A stretch of 64,000 nt of DNA from the human T2T-CHM13v2.0 reference genome, Homo sapiens. Within the stretch, counting starts at the first letter, position 1. Each line of letters begins with the position of its first letter. Positions 27,005 to 39,976 of the stretch are shown here, in pieces. The position numbers were made by a program, and so were the translations under genes. The notes beneath the pieces are model-generated. The model worked only from the letters and a program-made list of their open reading frames with translations, ran no database searches and was not told where the DNA came from. The DNA is taken from NCBI RefSeq assembly GCF_009914755.1, contig NC_060926.1. One strand, written 5' to 3'.

Positions 27005-27260
27005 AAAATAGCTAACACATACTTGCATGCTTACTGCATACCAGGTGTTGCTAAGCCCTTTTCGTGTAATAACTCATTTAATTCTTACCCCAACTTTTGG
27101 AGCTAGGTAATATGGCACCTACTTTAAAGATGGAAACACTGAAGCAAGGAAAATTTAAACAAGTTGTCCAAGGTCACACAGCTGGTAAGTGAGGGAGGGA
27201 GAGGGAGACCAGGCCGCCTGGTCCCAGAAGTCGTGTGTATGAGCACCATGCTCTGCTGCC
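27005..27260 (-). mobile_element. MIR
   Basis: taactcatttaattctta...agatggaaacactgaagcaagg...tgtccaaggtcacacagctggtaagtg. Confidence 0.8.
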
Positions 27261-28025
27261 GCTCTATCATGAGCCTCGTCCTGAGCATGCTGCTTGATTT
27301 TGCCCTGGAACGACCAGATGAAGATGCATAATGAGAAAGCCAAACTCAAGATGAAAGCTTAGAAGAGTAACCAAAGCTAAGCTTGCATGTCTGGAGATGA
27401 CAGCTGAATAATGGAGGAGATGAGACAACCATGGGAGAGAGGGGAGAGGCAGGAAGAAGAGGTGAGAAGTGAGGGGAAAGGGAGAAAGGATGAGAAAGAA
27501 GACAGAGCACAGCTTGAAGTGCCCATATTTAGTGGGTGGGAAAGAGGAGGAATCAGAGAAGGGAACCAAAAGCATGCAGTAAACCCAGGAAGACCTCTGG
27601 GCAAGTTTCAAGTGCAACCCCAGTAGTCTGAAATGAGGAAGATCGCTCAGGCAAGGAGCTAACCAAGAAAGAACCATTGGTAAAGCTGAACTAGTGACTC
27701 TATGCGTGGTGGAAAATATGCCAGGAAATGCGCATAAAAGGTATGGCTTCATGGGAGGAACACACCACGACTTTGAACTCCATCTCTACCCGCCATCAAT
27801 TCACTGCCCTTCCCGCAACCAAGCAGTCAGTAGCAGGAAAAACAAATTGCCATAGACCCTAGAGGGGCTCAATATTGATGGGAAACATTCATGTGCATAT
27901 CTTACTGAGCTACATGCAGAATTCAGAGGTAAATGTCAAGGTCCTTGCACTCGTGCTTTTAGTAAAATAGTCTTACGTAAATAATAAACCTGAATTGAAT
28001 CGGCTCAATAACTTTATTTTTAAGG

Positions 28026-28307
28026 CCTCTTTCTCCGTCTTTTTCCTTCCTTCCTTCCCTTTCTTTTTATTTCCTTTTTTCTTCTCTCTCTCTCCTTCCT
28101 TTCCCCTTCCTTTCCCTGCCTTTCCCCTTCTCTTCCCTTCCTTTCCCCTTCCTTTCCCTTCCTTTCCCTTCCTTTCCCCCTTCCCTCCCCTTCCTTTCCC
28201 CCTCCCTTCTCTTCCTTTCCCCTTCCGTTCCCTTCCTTTCCCCTTCTGTTCCCTTCCTTTCCCCTTCCCCTTCCCCCTTCTCTTCTCTTCTCTTTTCTTT
28301 TCTTTTT
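28026..28307. repeat. Polypyrimidine/polypurine low-complexity tract (CCCTT/CCTTT units)
   Basis: 282 nt with only 5 purines on the + strand. Confidence 0.95.
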
Positions 28308-28422
28308 GTAGAGATGGGGTCTCCTTATGTTGCCCAGGTCTCAAACTCTTGGGCTCAAGTGATCCTCCAACCTTGGCCTCCCAAAATGCTGGGATTACAG
28401 GTGTAAGCCACTGTGCCCAGCC
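28308..28422 (-). mobile_element. FLAM_C / AluJ left monomer
   Basis: gtagagatggggtctc...gggctcaagtgatcctcc...gctgggattacaggtgtaagccactgtgcccagcc. Confidence 0.9.
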
Positions 28423-29280
28423 TCTTTCTTTTTCTAAAAGAAGGGAATTTGAGACAGTGAATCATCTTGCATCTCTACCTGTGGCCTTCATCAGGGTTCT
28501 CTAAAGATTAGCCAGTCTATGTCCAGCTGGCTGAGACAGGGTGCCACATGTGGTACTTCCAATAATTCTGTCCACATGCATGGGCCATTTCACCTCTACA
28601 GCTCTAAGCTCACTGCTGAGAGTACCCATCAGACTAAAGCAAACATGCCTATTAAACATGTCATAAATAGGCTAGCAAGAAGCGCCACACACAGCAGCAG
28701 AACAAAGCAGAAGTGGGCTGATCATGTCCTAAGTCCATCCACTTAAAATTTATACTTCTACTTTATTCCTCTGAAAATATTTTGATTATGTTACCATCTG
28801 AAATGAAAGCAAGTATAAATCTTCTGTTGGATTTATTCTCCCCTTTGTCAACCTTCTGGCCAATAATAGGTTTGATATTGTTCTGGGAAAAAAAAAAAAA
28901 GAGGGAGGCGGGTTGGTGGCCACAATTTAAAAGCTTCCGGAAACTCTTTTCCACAAATCAAACCTTTGAATCATTCTGTAGCATGAGGAAGCTCATGTAT
29001 TTCATTGACATGAGAGGAAGAGCGAGCCCGTATTTAACTAATCTATCCTGTATAGTCACATTAAGTAATACCATTGTTTACCCTGAGCAGTCAAGAGGAA
29101 AGACTTACTAAATCTAAAACAAAAGTAGCGCATGTATGTTCTTGGTTTGGTTTTCTTCAAGATTTCCCCAAATGCTGCAAATTGAACTTGGCCTTAGGAG
29201 TGCATGGTTGAGCAGTATTTTTTTCTTAAAGCATTTTTCTGCTTTAAAGAAAGTCTACTGACAAAAGAGGAATCAGAGTT

Positions 29281-29528
29281 TCTTCTTTATTTTTTTTAAA
29301 ACAGGGTCTCACTGTTGCCCAGGCCAAGTGCAGTGGCATGATCACAGCTTACTACAGCCTTGACCCCCCAGGCTCAGGAGATCCTCCTACCTCAGCTTCC
29401 TGAGTAGCTGGGACTACAGGTGCATGCCATCACACTTGGCTAATTTTTGTATTTATTCTATGGACGAGGTCTCACCATGTTGCCCAGGCTGGTCTCAAAC
29501 TCCTGGGCTCCAGCGAGCCACCCACCTT
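29281..29528 (-). mobile_element. AluJ lacking its 5' ~50 nt
   Basis: acagggtctc, gatcacagcttactacagccttgacc and ggctcaggagatcctcc are J-type diagnostics. Confidence 0.9.
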
Positions 29529-29699
29529 ATATGCTTCTTAATCTCTGTAGCCATCTTTCTCCTTTCTATAAAATAACATAGATAGACAAGATGCTGTGTT
29601 TACACAGACATATGCACCATGTACACATGAATAATGAGAGAGGATGTTCTTATTAACCTTTTTTCCACATAGATTTAATTATCCTTGCACTTCCAAGCT

Positions 29700-29875
29700 T
29701 TTTGTATATTCCCCCATAATGGCACTTATCATATTGTATAAAATAATTTCTCCCCTACCCAACTGGGAGTACAAAATCAAGGGTAGTTTTAGATTCACTT
29801 TACATTCCTGTTGCCTATTGTAGAGTAGCTGCTCAATAAGTCTTTATTGGCTCAAGGAATGAATAAATGAAAGAA
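29700..29875 (+). mobile_element. L2 3' end
   Basis: ggcacttatcatattgtat...gctcaataag...gaatgaataaatga. Confidence 0.6.
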
Positions 29876-30489
29876 TGTTTCCCTAAACTGCTATTCATTC
29901 TCATGTTATGTATATTAGAAACTGAATTTTTGCCCCTAGTTCTTAGTCCTTTTTCCTTCACTTTTAGCAAAACGATTTAGAGCTCTTGTACCTTGGGCAA
30001 AAGCAACTGAATGGAATATATTTTATAGTCAGAATATTTCAAGGAATTTTTTAACAGAGTAATAGAAAATAATCAAAACAGGTGAATGGCATATTATAGA
30101 CAACAGGGAACACACGTTCTCCCTAAAATGGGAATACTAAAATCAGATATCTCTGAAATTCGAAATAGTTGGACTTTTGGGTCCTTTTCCACCTTGAGAA
30201 TTCTTTGAACAAGGAAATATAGAGGTTTACCCTAAGGCGTGACGGTTCCTTTTAATGATATGACTCTTCAACTTTCAAATTCTCTATCTTCAAAATCTAC
30301 AGGCCAATCTGAAATGGATTCTATGTCAAGGTTGCGATCATAGATTGTATCATCTTGACTTTACCACCTTTTCTCTCTTATGTGCTGTATCGATTTGAAC
30401 TATAAAGGAAGGTTAAAATATATAATTAACATTATTATGCCTCATCCAAATCTCACAGTTTCCAGCTTTTTTTTTTTCAACAGAGATTT

Positions 30490-31560
30490 TAAAACTTGGA
30501 TGCATAAGAACTCGGTTGCATAGCACAATTTTTGTGGGTTGAAGTGCCTTGACAACTACCTGCCAAATGTCTGTGCATCTCTATGTTTGAGCATCTCAAC
30601 TCCCACGGGACTCACCATCTCCCAGGCAGTCCATGATCAGTTGCACAAGGCCTTGTTGCAAGGCAGCAAAGATGTACCTACCAGAAACATTTATTGATTT
30701 GCCCATATTTGTCTACTTGAGGCAATACAGGCCAAGTTGAATTCCTCTTCTCAACACACACGCACACACACGCGCGTGCGTGCGTGCACACACACAACAA
30801 TTTAAAGGTTTAAAAGAAAGCTTATTTGCTCAGTCTGTGCTGCCCATCTGTTCTCCAGGCTAATCTTCCCTGTTCTGTTATCCATCCCTCAGGTAATGTC
30901 AACTTGAGTCATTTTATTCTCCCAGCAATTCTTCTCTGGGTATAGTCCAATATGTCCATCAAGTGCATTTTCATATGTGGTAACCTTTCCTGAACACAGT
31001 TGTTTTCAGCATATGTTGACCAGTCCAATGCAGAGGAAGAGGATGACCTCCATCATTCCATTAATGCGGCCTATGGTAACATTACGTTTTTAAAAGCCAT
31101 TCATATTGAGATTACTATTGACTATTCGGATGCATACTGTTAATAAGCTTATAGCCCTCTGATGAGTTGACTGTACAGTTGATTTTGAAATAATGACAGA
31201 ATTTACATTTATTTCTTTTAAATCATTTAAAAATATATATCCAACAACTTTCATTGGGTGAAACATTTTCAATTTAACCACACACTATTCTCAAATGGGA
31301 TATACATGGTTCTATTCTCTTTATTCATACTATCAACCAAAAACTTGAATAGCTCCAAGGCCACAAAAGAGGCACGTACTATGCCACAAAAACCTTCTGG
31401 TTGACATCAATCTTCCTTTGGGGACAATAATTCAACCAAGATCTAATTCACCACATGGTATTAGTATCCAGACTACAGTTCTCCACCTTTTCCACCAGGG
31501 TAAAATGAGAAACCTTATAAAAGGTTTTCATATGCTAAAGCCCTAAAAGAATATTTTACC
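30490..31560 (-). mobile_element. L3/CR1 LINE remnant
   Basis: Collinear CR1 antisense blocks: gactcaccatctcccaggcagtcc, ttctccaggctaa, tgaacacag...gaccagt...attaatgcggccta, ggttgacatcaatc...ctttggg...ttcaaccaag, ttctccaccttttccaccagg. Confidence 0.7.
30754..30796. repeat. Alternating purine-pyrimidine (CA/CG/TG) microsatellite
   Basis: 43 bp strictly alternating, 6 CpG. Confidence 0.9.
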
Positions 31561-31607
31561 AAAAATCAAGGCAGAGAAAAATATATTATTTCATTCATTG
31601 CTCAAGC

Positions 31608-31800
31608 TGTATTTGGGTTAGAGCCCCAAAACCCCCAAAATGTATGCCAACCTGGAAGCTGTGAATGTGACTTTATTTGGAAATAGGGTCTTTGTAGCTG
31701 TAATCAAGTTAGGATGAAGTCATCCTGGATTAGAGTTGGTTCTAATCCAATAATTGTTTTGTACATAGACACAGACTCAAAGAGAAGATGGCCCAGTAAC
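31608..31800 (+). mobile_element. MLT1A/B/C (MaLR) LTR 5' part
   Basis: gaatgtgactttatttggaaatagggtctttgtagctgtaatcaagttaggatgaagtcatcctggattag. Confidence 0.85.
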
Positions 31801-34009
31801 ATGAAATATTGCAATTTTTAGAGCCTAATCAGATACTTAAGAGGGACCCAGAAGCCATTCTTTACTCTGATCTTACAGTCATGGATCTGAACTTCTAAAT
31901 GCAAAGCAAGTTCTCTGGGAACCCTCTCTCAACCTCACCTTTCTCTGCATTTCACCACTGCAAATAATTGATGGCCAAAGTTTCAGTCAGGTGGGTCAGG
32001 ACCAGTTCATGTTCACATATCAGAAAGCATATGCCCCAGTGGCACATGAGTATCCTTTTCAGTAATCAACTTCATCAGCGAAAGTCAAGTCATTTTCTGC
32101 TGAAAAGTGAGTTGTGAAATCTTGTCTGTCTTCTAACAGATCTTTTCCCTGGAATGCCACACACGGCCATGCAACAATCACTCTTATACACAGAACTTTT
32201 TTATCTTTTTCACCAAGGTAACATATCAACTTCACTAAGAACAGATGACTTTCATGTGATTTTTGAGCTAAACCTCCCCTTCCCATTGCAGGGCAGAGAG
32301 CATGACCATATTAGTGTCTATCAACAAAGTGACTTGCATTCTGGGTCCTAACTGATGCCAGCAACCCCACAATCTCAGAAAGCCTGGCATGAAAGTGAAT
32401 TATGACTTTGTCTCTTTCTGGGCTAAGCCATCTATATGGCTTGCAAATGTATACTTGATGAATGCTACTATGGAGGATGTCTCTTCAACCCGAAGGAGTG
32501 ATGGGAACTTCAAACATTTCCCTGCTTAAAAAATAATTGTGTGTTGTCTTCCCTCAAGCACAATTACACACACACATACTGAGTAATGGGGGCTATATGT
32601 GCACTGCACAAGAAAATTTAGAGGAGGAGAAACTTCATAGGGAAGAAAGGATTCCATTTAGCAGTCTTAAGGACAGGTGATCTAGCAAATGAGTCCCCTG
32701 AAACAGCTTACCAGCTCACTCCACTATAATAATATTTCAATTATCTGAGACCTGTTAGAAAACAATCAACTGGCCAAAAATAATAATGCTTGGCCCCAAA
32801 TACCATGTCAAATGCAGCCTCCTCTCCTTGAGAGAAATGTTTCCCATGTCTGCAATTGCAGAACACACTGAAGGGCATCCCTGCTCCAAAGACAAGGGAG
32901 AATTTGAAGGACCAAAGCATTAAATGCAGCCAACTAGGAGAGGCTCCTTGCTTGGGAAAGCAAGCAGCAGTTGTGCAGGCAGTGCATATGAATGGGATTA
33001 TGGGATCAGGGGAAGCCCTGATTAAATGGAATATGTGCCCAAGAAGGAAATCCACTGATGGAGGATAATCCACATGCTATAAATTTAGACCTATGGCTGA
33101 TAATATGTAATGGAGAAATTGTCCCCAAATCTCACTATAAAATTTCATTTGTAACTATGCTTCTAAGTGGCATAGATGTAGGAAGGAGGCAGTAGGGGAG
33201 AGGCAGGTGATACATTCCTTGCCTGTACACAATCTCCTCAAACAACACCTGTTTAACCATTTCTAAAATGTAAGATGTTGACATGACAGAAAGGCTCTCA
33301 GAAGCAGCAGTGTGAAATCAATCCTTAAATCCATTCAGAACAAGATTGACGCATCAGGAGTTAGACTGTGAAACACACAGAAAAGGCAATCAAAGCAGGA
33401 CTTGTTTTTACATGCCCTCCCGTGATGTCCCAGACCCAAGCCTTGCCTTGGGAAGCCATGTGTGGCCTCTTTCCCCTGTACAGTCATGCCCTGGTGTTAG
33501 AAGTTACTACTTTTCACCACACCCAAATTTAGTATAATTCATTTATTTATATTATTAGATAGTGAGCAACTTGAGGGATCCTCTTTCCTTCTTTTTCTCT
33601 CTCCTGCTATTACCATTGCTACCTAAATAAATTCACTGTTGAATAAGTGAATGTATATACAAAGTAGTAGGACTCTCAGTTCTCCAAATAAGGCAACCAG
33701 TAATCAATTTAAAAATCTTCAATTTTACAGAAAACAATAGAACTTGAAGTGTTTTATTGTCTTTATCTCATCATCCTAAGGGAAGAGTCATTAGTTAAAA
33801 TTAAACAATGTCTGATAATTTTGCCCAGTCATCAGGTCACCTCAATCAGGAAGTATGTAACTAGAAAATCCTGAAAGCAAAGGTTATCAAAATAAATTCG
33901 TCATTTGTCCATTTCAAGATACTTATAGAACCACTGAATAAAGAACCCTAGAATCCTCCATCTCCTTAATGCAACCAATAGTTTTAGACAGAACTGCAAT
34001 AATTCCAAT

Positions 34010-34500
34010 TGACTAAAATCTCACCCACTTAAAATAATCTGATAAAAATATTGTGCACAGCATTGACCAAATAACTTCAATTCTAATAACAATTCCTAAC
34101 ACATTAGTAATAGAGGTGGACAAACCCTTGTGAACAAAGATGTTCACTGCATTTCTATTTATAATGGCAAAAAAAAGGAAAGAGAAAGAAACACAGTTGG
34201 AATTTGACAAAATAAGGGTTATTCATTCAGTGGAACATGATGTAGCCAGTAAAATATATTTATGCAAATTGTGTAATTCCATTGGAAAACACTAATAAGG
34301 TAGTATTCATAAAACAGGAAAATGAAAGGTTATATATCCAACGTGCTCTCTAATGAATGGAAGGAAGAAACAAAAGAAGGAAGGAAGGACAAAATATCAA
34401 GTAAGTTTTATTTCTTTCAACTTTTCTGGATATGTTTATAATGAACAAGTACTATTATAGTAATCAGAAACATTAATGATAGATTTGCAAAAAATTAAGT
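34010..34500 (+). mobile_element. L1ME 3' remnant
   Basis: caaagatgttcactgcatttctatttataatggcaaaa...atgaacaagtactattatagtaatcagaaa. Confidence 0.6.
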
Positions 34501-36899
34501 TGAAAACAAGAAAGAATTACAGGAGAAAGAGTCCAGTTTTGAGCCCCCCCACCACCGCTGAATCACTATCATGTTTGTCACTTGCATGGTACAATTCATC
34601 ATGTATATCTAATTTACTTTAATAATTATCTGAAAAACAGTAATGGTTTTCTGTTAGGTTGCTTTTATGTCAGTTTGCAAATCAGTAAAAGGGACAGTAT
34701 ATGTTCATTTTTAGTACGGCTAAAAACAAACAAACTGGTTGCCTATAATAAGAAATGAAGAAATTAAGCTTATAAGCTTTAAAATGTTCTTCTAAGTAGC
34801 TTTTAAACATAGAACTTGGCTTTTAGAGGGCAGCATATGTACAATGGATAATATAATTTAAATATAAATGGCTATTCAGAATGTGATTACCATCTATAAA
34901 GCACTGGTGACTTACTTTGAAGTAAGTATTTGGTATAGAATTATACTTCAACATACTGAGGATATTGATAAATATTGTGTTTGTTATCTGAATTAGGTCA
35001 TCAGGGACAAGATTCAGAAAATGGAGAAACACATTAGAAAGCTTTAACAGTGCTCTAAGTGCCTTTGAGATGGGCATCTCATTAATATTCATATCAAATC
35101 ATGTAATATTTATTAAACATTCATTTGTGTCAACATTTGGTATTGACATCATAGATCAAACAACAGACTTGTAAACTCAAGGTCTTCTCTGCCCAAGAAA
35201 GAAGTATTCTCAGCATTTCCTATTTCAGCTTCTGTAGTCTTTGGAGTGCTTTTGACATGGCTGAGATTTTAAAAATAATCATACCTATCATACAAATGAA
35301 GCACAGTTAAATATAAACATTACTTTCTTAGATGGTTCAACATTTCAAGGCTATCTGGATAAACAGGTTGTACGGGCCTACATACTTTCAGGGATTTTGT
35401 TTTTCTTTCGAACTCAAAAAAATTAGGTCAAACTATCTTACCTACAATTATGAAGCTATCTGCAGAACCCAAGATATTCTTTAGGGTCATTAAGCAACAA
35501 TAAATGAATATAATTGGAATGTTACCTATCACAGGTACAAAACATCTGGGGAGCCAGTTATATACTTTCATCCAAAGGGTCTGATTTGAGAAAATACATT
35601 GGCATGATATACTCAACTTTAATATTTAAAAATGTTTAAATAATATTAAAAAATATTTCGTGTTGACTTGTATCTGAGTCTTTGTTAAAATGCTAGATGA
35701 AACACGATTTTCTACCTTTTGTAGCCACAACATGTCCATCCAGCCTGATTTGTTTAAAGCAATACCAACAAGAATAGGATATTATTTACAGAGATAGTCA
35801 AAGATGAAAGGCTCCACAATTTTTCTTGGCATGATTATAATATCTCAAAGCCTTGACATCTATTTTTTGTAAAGCCTAAAATGATACATCTCGATGAAGT
35901 TTATGCCCATTTCATCCCTTTCAAAGTTTAAGGTCAGCTATTTGGTATGCCTTTATGAATAATAAAATTATGGCTTTCCTCCCTTCTAGGCCTTATTGTA
36001 GCCAAGTGGCTTTAGTCATTTTCATGGGACAGATTTTCCAATGTCTTTATTATTACTCTACCTTCGCCATCTCATATTTTTACCACTGGGCCCTAGATAT
36101 ATATATCATCCATTGTTCAGCATGCTCTACCCAGTGGAATAATCATATTTAGAATGGTCTATAAGATGATCATTCTCCATTGGGTCCAATTTACAATCTG
36201 TTTCTCCCTTTTTTCTTTCGTATGTTTTTCTGCTCATTCAAATTATGATCAGAAGCTAAGGCATTTTCATATCCAAATGCTCTCCCCATCACTTCTAATA
36301 CCATCACCATATATTAAAAATAGAAGACAATATGAAAGGAAAGCAATAAAAGACCCTCGCTGAAAAAGTCCTTGCACTTTGAAAAACAAACTTATTTTTT
36401 TATACAAGAAAACAGAACTTAAACCCCCTTTTTATGTTTGAAATCCTGACAATCAAATAGCTGTGACATTAAGACTTCACAAGCATTAAGTCTTATATCA
36501 GCCGTGGTTAGATGTAAATAAATCCACCATAAAAGTCAGTCTAGGCAAAAACGCACTGTAACTTAATTTTCTAAACCACAGGAGCTGGGAAGCAGCTGAA
36601 CTTCACTAAATCAGACAGTACCAAAATGGATAAACATCCGGGCTCTGTATCTTTTGTGATGGTGTGCCATATCTTGTTAGATTCTCTGCACATTTGTTGT
36701 TTTATGAGCAATGATATTATCACTTTATGATCTCAAGGAATAACCCACAACAAGCATAAATTAAGGATGGGACCTGTAGCAGACATTGGGAGTTCCTTGC
36801 TAAATTTTCATTGTTGCTTTTATTCTTCACTAACAAAACCCCCATATTGCAGCGGTAGCAATCTACCCAACTGCAAGAGAACATGTCCCAGGCCCCCAT

Positions 36900-37275
36900 G
36901 CAGAAAGGAGTAGCAATTATGATGTAAGTAGGAGGCACTGATTGCCATCGTGTGGGCTTTCAGGAAAATTCTCTAAAGGTGCCTGATTTGGCAGGTGCCC
37001 TTTTGCCCTTCCCTCTCCGCCTTCTTGCTAGCTGCACTCTGCATCAGTCATATTGTGACCTGAAGTGACCTTGAGAGCAGAAGCCATGTGATAAGAATGG
37101 CGGGACAGAAGAGAAAAGGAGTGCAGGCTCCTGATGACATCAAGGAGTCATCCATATCAGCTGTAATTCGCCTTCCTCTGCAGTTCATGTTCCATGGGAG
37201 AAAGATAAATCCTTTTTTGTATGTCATGATATTTTAGATGTCTTACTTGCAGGTGTACACAACTCCTAGTTGATG
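36900..37275 (+). mobile_element. MLT1I/J-like (MaLR) LTR
   Basis: catattgtgacctgaagtgacc...gaagccatgtgataagaatggcgggacagaag...ctgatgacatc...gagaaagataaatcc. Confidence 0.7.
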
Positions 37276-39864
37276 AAATAACCTTATTATGTAGTGAATT
37301 TGAAGGAGGCTGCTGACCCCAAATCAGTAATACATTAGTCTGAAATTATTTTTCCATTAGTAACAATTAGTTGGATAAAGCAAACACAATTTCTTTTTAA
37401 TTGGCCTTTCTTGTTTAACAGAAGTACTTATTTCCCAGATACTTGGCCAAAGGAAAGTAAACTTTACCAGTCTAAGTAGTGTCAAACCCACACATTTAAC
37501 CACCTTTCTCTCAGCAACTACATAGCTGCTTATGAACATTATCAGGACTGTCGGACACGTCATAGGTGTAACAAGATCTTTGTATTTCCATTTCTGCACT
37601 GTCCAACCAATGTCTTCCGTTAACACAGCTATGAGCTTCATCTCTAATGTGCAGCATTCGTAGCAAAGGGGCCCCAGGTAAGAGTAGGTCCTTAAGTCAG
37701 GACAAGGATGCATTGTATTTCATACAAAAAGGGGACTTGAGAGGTACATGATGAAGACAGAGATTCCATCTGACAAACTGATTCCCATGTGGCCGGCCTG
37801 GAGACAGGGGAAATTGGATTAAATAGTTTCTGATGGCTTTATCCAGGCTAAGATTTCAATGATCTTTATAAACCTCCATTAATCATGTAATCATCTTTCC
37901 ATTTTGGAACTGAATTTAGAGCATTTTAAGATAATGGCTTCCAGTGTCTGTAGAGCCAAAGCTAAAATATGACCTCAAAGAGTCACCCCTTCCCTTGGTG
38001 AGATATCAAATCCTACCACTGAGAATTCTTTCTCATTTGATGTGAAGAGAAAGATGCCCACAGAAACACACCTACACCATTTCTAAGACAGAATGGCAAT
38101 GCAGCCTTAATCTGCATATTTCAAAATAGGATGCTTTTAAAAGATTTTACAGCTGGTTTAAGGATGAGTGTAAAATATTTAAGATGGGAAGAGAAATTAT
38201 AAGGTAATTATTTTTAGACAGTCTGAAGGAACAAAATCTTATGGAAATGGTTTCATTCAGAACAATCAGTAATACAGATCAAAATTAACACTCATGGGTT
38301 GCCAAGTAAGGAGAGGTGCAAGGCAACTCAAATAGCATTCGTTTGTGTAATTTGAAAAAAGGAAATCTATTCTTAAAGGGCCAGTTTTTCTCCCTCTCCC
38401 ATTTTTTAGAATTAGTGAGTAAATCTCAATTCTTTTTTCTAGTTTTTTCATGCTACACATAATAATTGGTTATGCAACTAAAATGGTACACCTTACAATT
38501 TCTAACAATTCTGTTAAGGACAAAAGTTAAACACGATTTTCTCCTCTTGTCTCTGTTTAAATTAGTGTGTAAGTGTGTACGCCCTTTCCCACCACTTTAT
38601 GTGATTCAGCCTTGATGATAGGTCTCTGTTACATTGCAGCCAGTAAATCTGTTATGAGCTTGGCTGCCATGTGCAACCATGCCTGGAGGCTATGTTAAAA
38701 ATTCTGAGATCCATGAACATCAGCAAAGTTTTTGTTCAGTTTAAGCTGAACAAACAGAGTTAAAGACAAACTTTATTGAGTTTGGAGTGGGTCCATCCAT
38801 TGTCACTGGACTAGGTACTGACAGGCTACCAGCTAGAGTAACGTTTACTGGATTAGCGAAAATCTACTAGCTGTTGGAGGAGAGAATAAGGTGCTAATAT
38901 TAATCATGAAGAGCATGGGAAAATGAAACTCTTTCAACAATGAAAGCAATGCTCCTTTCTACCATGAAAGTTTTCATCCCTCTTCCTCATCTCAATTTCA
39001 AAACGCCATATCCTAAGCATCAAGTGCAATTTAAAAACATGAGCAACATTATGTGTTGGGCATCTAGATGGTTCATGTGTGCAGAGCCGGTGAAAACTTG
39101 AAGGGCCTTGCAACATCCTGGCTGCTGTCCAACCAAAACGATGAAATATGGAGTGAGACATTATTTCCTATCCCCACAATGCACACCTACCTTGCAAGTC
39201 CACAATGTGACACTGAGTCTTTTGGATTCTGAGTGTCACCTTTGATAAATCTACCACAAGGGAAAAGTAAGCCCCCAAGAAAGGAAAGGAAATTTTGTTA
39301 TTGTTGTTATATACACCTCCAGAAAAGTTATGGATACATTTTCCTGGATGTTAACAGGACTGCAAGAGGAGGATCTGGGTGGCAGGAGGGGGATGAAGAG
39401 GAGGCTGATAAGGACTCTCGGGGTTTAGGAACACAGGCACAAGCCACAGTCTGTTTAAATTGTTAAGTTATCAATGTTGTCAAATTGAGATGTCAAAATT
39501 ATGAGCTGGTCTAGGGGGAATTTCATCTGCATGTAGACAGATCTCATTAGAAAATCCTTAAAATGGTTTTCTACAACTGAAGCAAATCTTGCCTAAGAAA
39601 GAGTTGAATCACTACCTGCCTTGTGAAATCTAAATATGCATCTAGTCCATCTTTGGCTAGTGATGGACCTTCCTCGGCTTTACCTGAACTCTCTGCAGTT
39701 CTGTGTTCTTTTCTCTCTGATGCTAAGTTCATGGCAAGTAGAACTAACACAAAGCCTTGGTCAATAGTTGTAGCATTTGGCATCTGGCTAAGGAAGGATT
39801 TTCTTAGCATTTTCCTTCACAAAGCCAGCTTCCATGTATGTTTTGTACAATTCTCTCAAATTGA

Positions 39865-39976
39865 TAGAGACGGGGTCTCACTTTGTTGCTCAGGCTGGTC
39901 TGGAACGCCTGGCCTCAGGTGATCCTCCTGCCTTCCAAAATGCCAAGATTACAGGTGTGAACCACCACATTTCGCC
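39865..39976 (-). mobile_element. Alu left monomer without A-tail
   Basis: tagagacggggtctcac...ttacaggtgtgaaccaccacatttcgcc flanked by caaattga direct repeats. Confidence 0.9.

Noticed and set aside
27973-28504. 123-aa K/G/E/R-rich and 169-aa F/P/S-rich ORFs
   Set aside because: Both are translations of the stop-free pyrimidine tract plus the Alu monomer
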